A DNA stretch of 64,000 nt from Geosiphon pyriformis uo1 (taxonomy: Eukaryota > Fungi > Glomeromycota). The stretch lies in assembly GCA_016748015.1 (NCBI GenBank), contig JAAOMT010000261.1, positions 260,733-324,732 on the forward strand, written 5' to 3'. The notes under the pieces are model-generated. The model did no database searches. It saw nothing but the letters and a program-made list of their open reading frames with translations, and had not been told where the DNA came from. This document shows positions 62,101 to 64,000 of this stretch, piece by piece (the first letter of the stretch is position 1; every line of letters starts with the position of its first letter). A program made the position numbers and the translations under genes.

Positions 62101-64000
62101 GATTCTCTTAGCTGGTAGGACATTCAAGAAAAAATGGTTCAAGGGTTATAGTAGTGTTTTTAATAAGGTTTCTTCTAAGTTTCATAGACTAGAACTGCTT
62201 GTGTCTAAGCTGGTTAAGATCTTATGTCTGGTTTTTGGTGGGAATTTTGCTTCTTTGTTGGATACATGGGACAAGCTTGACTCAGTTGACGCCTTGCCAG
62301 TGAAATCTCTATTTCTTTTGGGTTCTGGTTTTGATGCTATTTGCTCTGAACTGGCTAAGGCAAGAAAAGTTTACTGCTTTTCAAAGATGATGGAGTCTAA
62401 GTGCACTGAGGAATCTCGTATTAGGCAGGCTATTGAGAGGAGAATGGAAAGTTTTGAAGTAGACAAGAGATGCACCATCAGAAGTGTTCTGGAGCATTCT
62501 TTCCATAAGGTGGTACTGGATCACTTGGTCGTGGATAAAGAGTTGGTCCTGGAGCCAAATTTGGTTAAATCTAAGGTCGATAAGATCATAGAAGATTGGA
62601 CTAGAAAGCATGCGGTGATGCCAGATATTTCTAATACTTGGGTGCGCCAATTTCAGCCTTTGGACTATGTCTTTGATAATGCCTTCTCTGAAGTAATGTG
62701 TTCGATTGGTTTTGATGAGTTGCTTATAGTTGTCTTTAATTTGCCTAATGGTAAAACAGCTGGTCTTTCTGGTATCTCCAATGAATTGTGGAAACACTGT
62801 GATAGAAAGGTTTTGAATATGCTTTTGTTATTGCTGAATTTTTGTTTAGAACATGAATCTGTACTTGGACCTTGAAAGGAAGCTTGGGTGTCAATGATTC
62901 CTAAACCATATAAATAGGAGGGCATTCTTACGAATACCTGTCCTATTGCATTAATTGAAACAGCCCACAAGATTCTTTCCAAGATTCTCTCAGACAGAAT
63001 TTCTTTGGCCTGCAGCAGGTTTGATGTTCTGCATGGGGACAATTTCTCTGTATTAAAGGGTATGACAATGCAATCGTCCATTTTTGCCATTGGTTCTGTG
63101 ATGGAAGATGCATTGGAAAAGGGCCAGGAACTGTGGCTGGTTTTGCAGGATATGTGAAAAGCATATGATTCTGTTGGCTGGATACATCTCAGAAAGAGTT
63201 TGGTTAGAATTAAGATGTGTGACAAGTTTATTAGATTTTTTGGCAACATTCACAATGGTCATACCAACAGGGTGATGACAAATTTTGGCTTGACTAATGG
63301 TTATCATGTTCATGATGGTCTGGACCAAAGGGAGGTTTTTTCACCACTTCTTTGGTGCATATTTTACAATTCACTCTTGTGTGAAGTCAAACGACAGGAA
63401 AGCATGTGTGATTACAAGTTGAACTCTCATTTTATTTCCAGAACTGGCCGGGTGGAGCCTCAGGCCAGGCTGACATCATTCTTAACTGCTGGTGCTTTTG
63501 TTGATGACATTATTTGGGTTGGTGGTAGCTGGGCTGCTATGCAGCACATTCTCAATGTTGCTAGTGAATTTTTTAGGATTAATGACATTTCAATTAACAA
63601 TGACAAGACTGTAGCCATTCTTATCAACAGCCGGATTGCAAATCCTTCTTTGACTATCAGTGGCTCACCTATCTCTATCACCAAGAAAGATGAACCTCAT
63701 CGGTATCTGGGTATTTTTTTGTCTTCTGAAGGTCTTTCGACGCCTAGTCTGGCTAAAGCTTGCTCGAATGTTCGGTTTTTTGTTAATTTTGTTCTAAAGA
63801 AGGCGATCTCGGACAAACAATTCACATATTTGGTTTCTGCAGTTCTTCTGCCTATCATCAGCTACAGAACTCAGTTCAGCTTCATTCCTATTAGTGTGTG
63901 TAATAAGTGGGACTCTATAGTTCACAGATGCTTGAAGTCTAAGTCTGGGCTGCTACTCAACTTCCTCAATGACACAGTTTATCATCTTTCTTTGTACAAT
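59127..64000 (+). mobile_element. LINE copy 3 (least decayed; runs off the window)
   Basis: Open 647-aa ORF1 59253-61196; ORF2 APE (ETKL, SDFNE, IDYV, TDH) and RT (DQREV, FVDD at 63497-63508). Confidence 0.94.
59253..61196 (+). CDS. LINE ORF1 nucleic-acid-binding protein
   Basis: Uninterrupted ORF homologous to 51721-53601; RRM-like FSKFGKIVSIKIQL, CTQCKQFGH knuckle and C-terminal coiled coil. Confidence 0.8.
   Translation: MEPVGSSAGGSGLVSAGLETCQSVKKKCVDTVYSQSASYKKPKKPAAGNVVNSSAESLSLEDIGGAGAKPVESWGSEIGSVASSVSGLSDVKNMANMVAKETSYVESDENDGMDENTPRKTRTQTYMLDNPPKQPLFDRMSDNDDALKLPLPKFDGANQVPHIRSHALEKRNFEPVKSFALDIEVSAVPKKTNVNKLITVKKIFYRINGFEEASTPSKFPEIIRSSFTSEKSLIKARKMAIGEKILVNDNLKKINSHSDREVIVKEISVDLPKSAVDSAFSKFGKIVSIKIQLIGLWQKALVEFELSEVASLIASKWSIFMGKDLVRVALAVCDKQTWVSRDQHHVLLYTLSVGTTAHNLFSLLDSYGGKTCFIGRNPNSYVRNRCAVICFGNEASKLAVIDTIPVFKGVSLCWAGLSLASCTQCKQFGHVTVNYPLGVNSGVHGKRVVSNQDQIHLAGIYKKKSASIAHLVSFGGKTWIQVAGGSPSCVVPSGLVGAGLHSGLVPFSMMTNSSTISHLNDRLAILEHSLELLTDRVSGILVRLDSIGLVPVVNSSLSSLSAVSETLTSDVNSDMIVNTALVLFGTPLFIVYNAVVELSSSSSKVLTAKVDGLETKLIALEASVGLVLDKLNILCSGLDLLVLLSSQ

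Noticed and set aside
46345-63684. Numerous short minus-strand and alternative-frame ORFs within the LINEs
   Set aside because: They are shadows of the plus-strand ORF1/ORF2 remnants and carry no independent motifs.
1-64000. tRNA or rRNA genes
   Set aside because: None recognised; the only tRNA-like sequences are the gypsy PBS and its complements.

Overview
AT-rich, intron-dense fungal nuclear DNA. Gene set and repeat families point to Glomeromycota/Mucoromycota; the LINEs resemble those I associate with Geosiphon-like genomes (inference). Positions ~1.5-34.6 kb hold compact housekeeping genes: APN2, FYV7/CCDC59-like, OSCA/TMEM63, DUF4748, DOA1/PLAA, PAM16, the C-terminal half of NOL11/Utp8, RPB4, alanine aminotransferase, IPK1, HAP5 and a C1orf109-like gene. 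Positions 35-64 kb are three head-to-tail, transition-decayed LINEs; the first is interrupted by a dUTPase-bearing Ty3/gypsy element. The standout is a 7.2 kb Sola2-type DNA transposon (22070-29263; perfect 34-bp TIRs, ATAT TSD) between the ALT and IPK1 genes. Its intronless transposase, and two operon-like cargo genes, are continuous only if TGA=Trp (genetic code 4; 10 in-frame TGA, plus one TAA lesion in one cargo gene), as in Mollicutes-related endobacteria (MRE) of these fungi. The same element carries a spliced, standard-code fungal gene. It looks like a transposon shuttling DNA between an endobacterium and the fungal nucleus. Exon boundaries were read by eye and family calls come from recalled motifs, not database searches.
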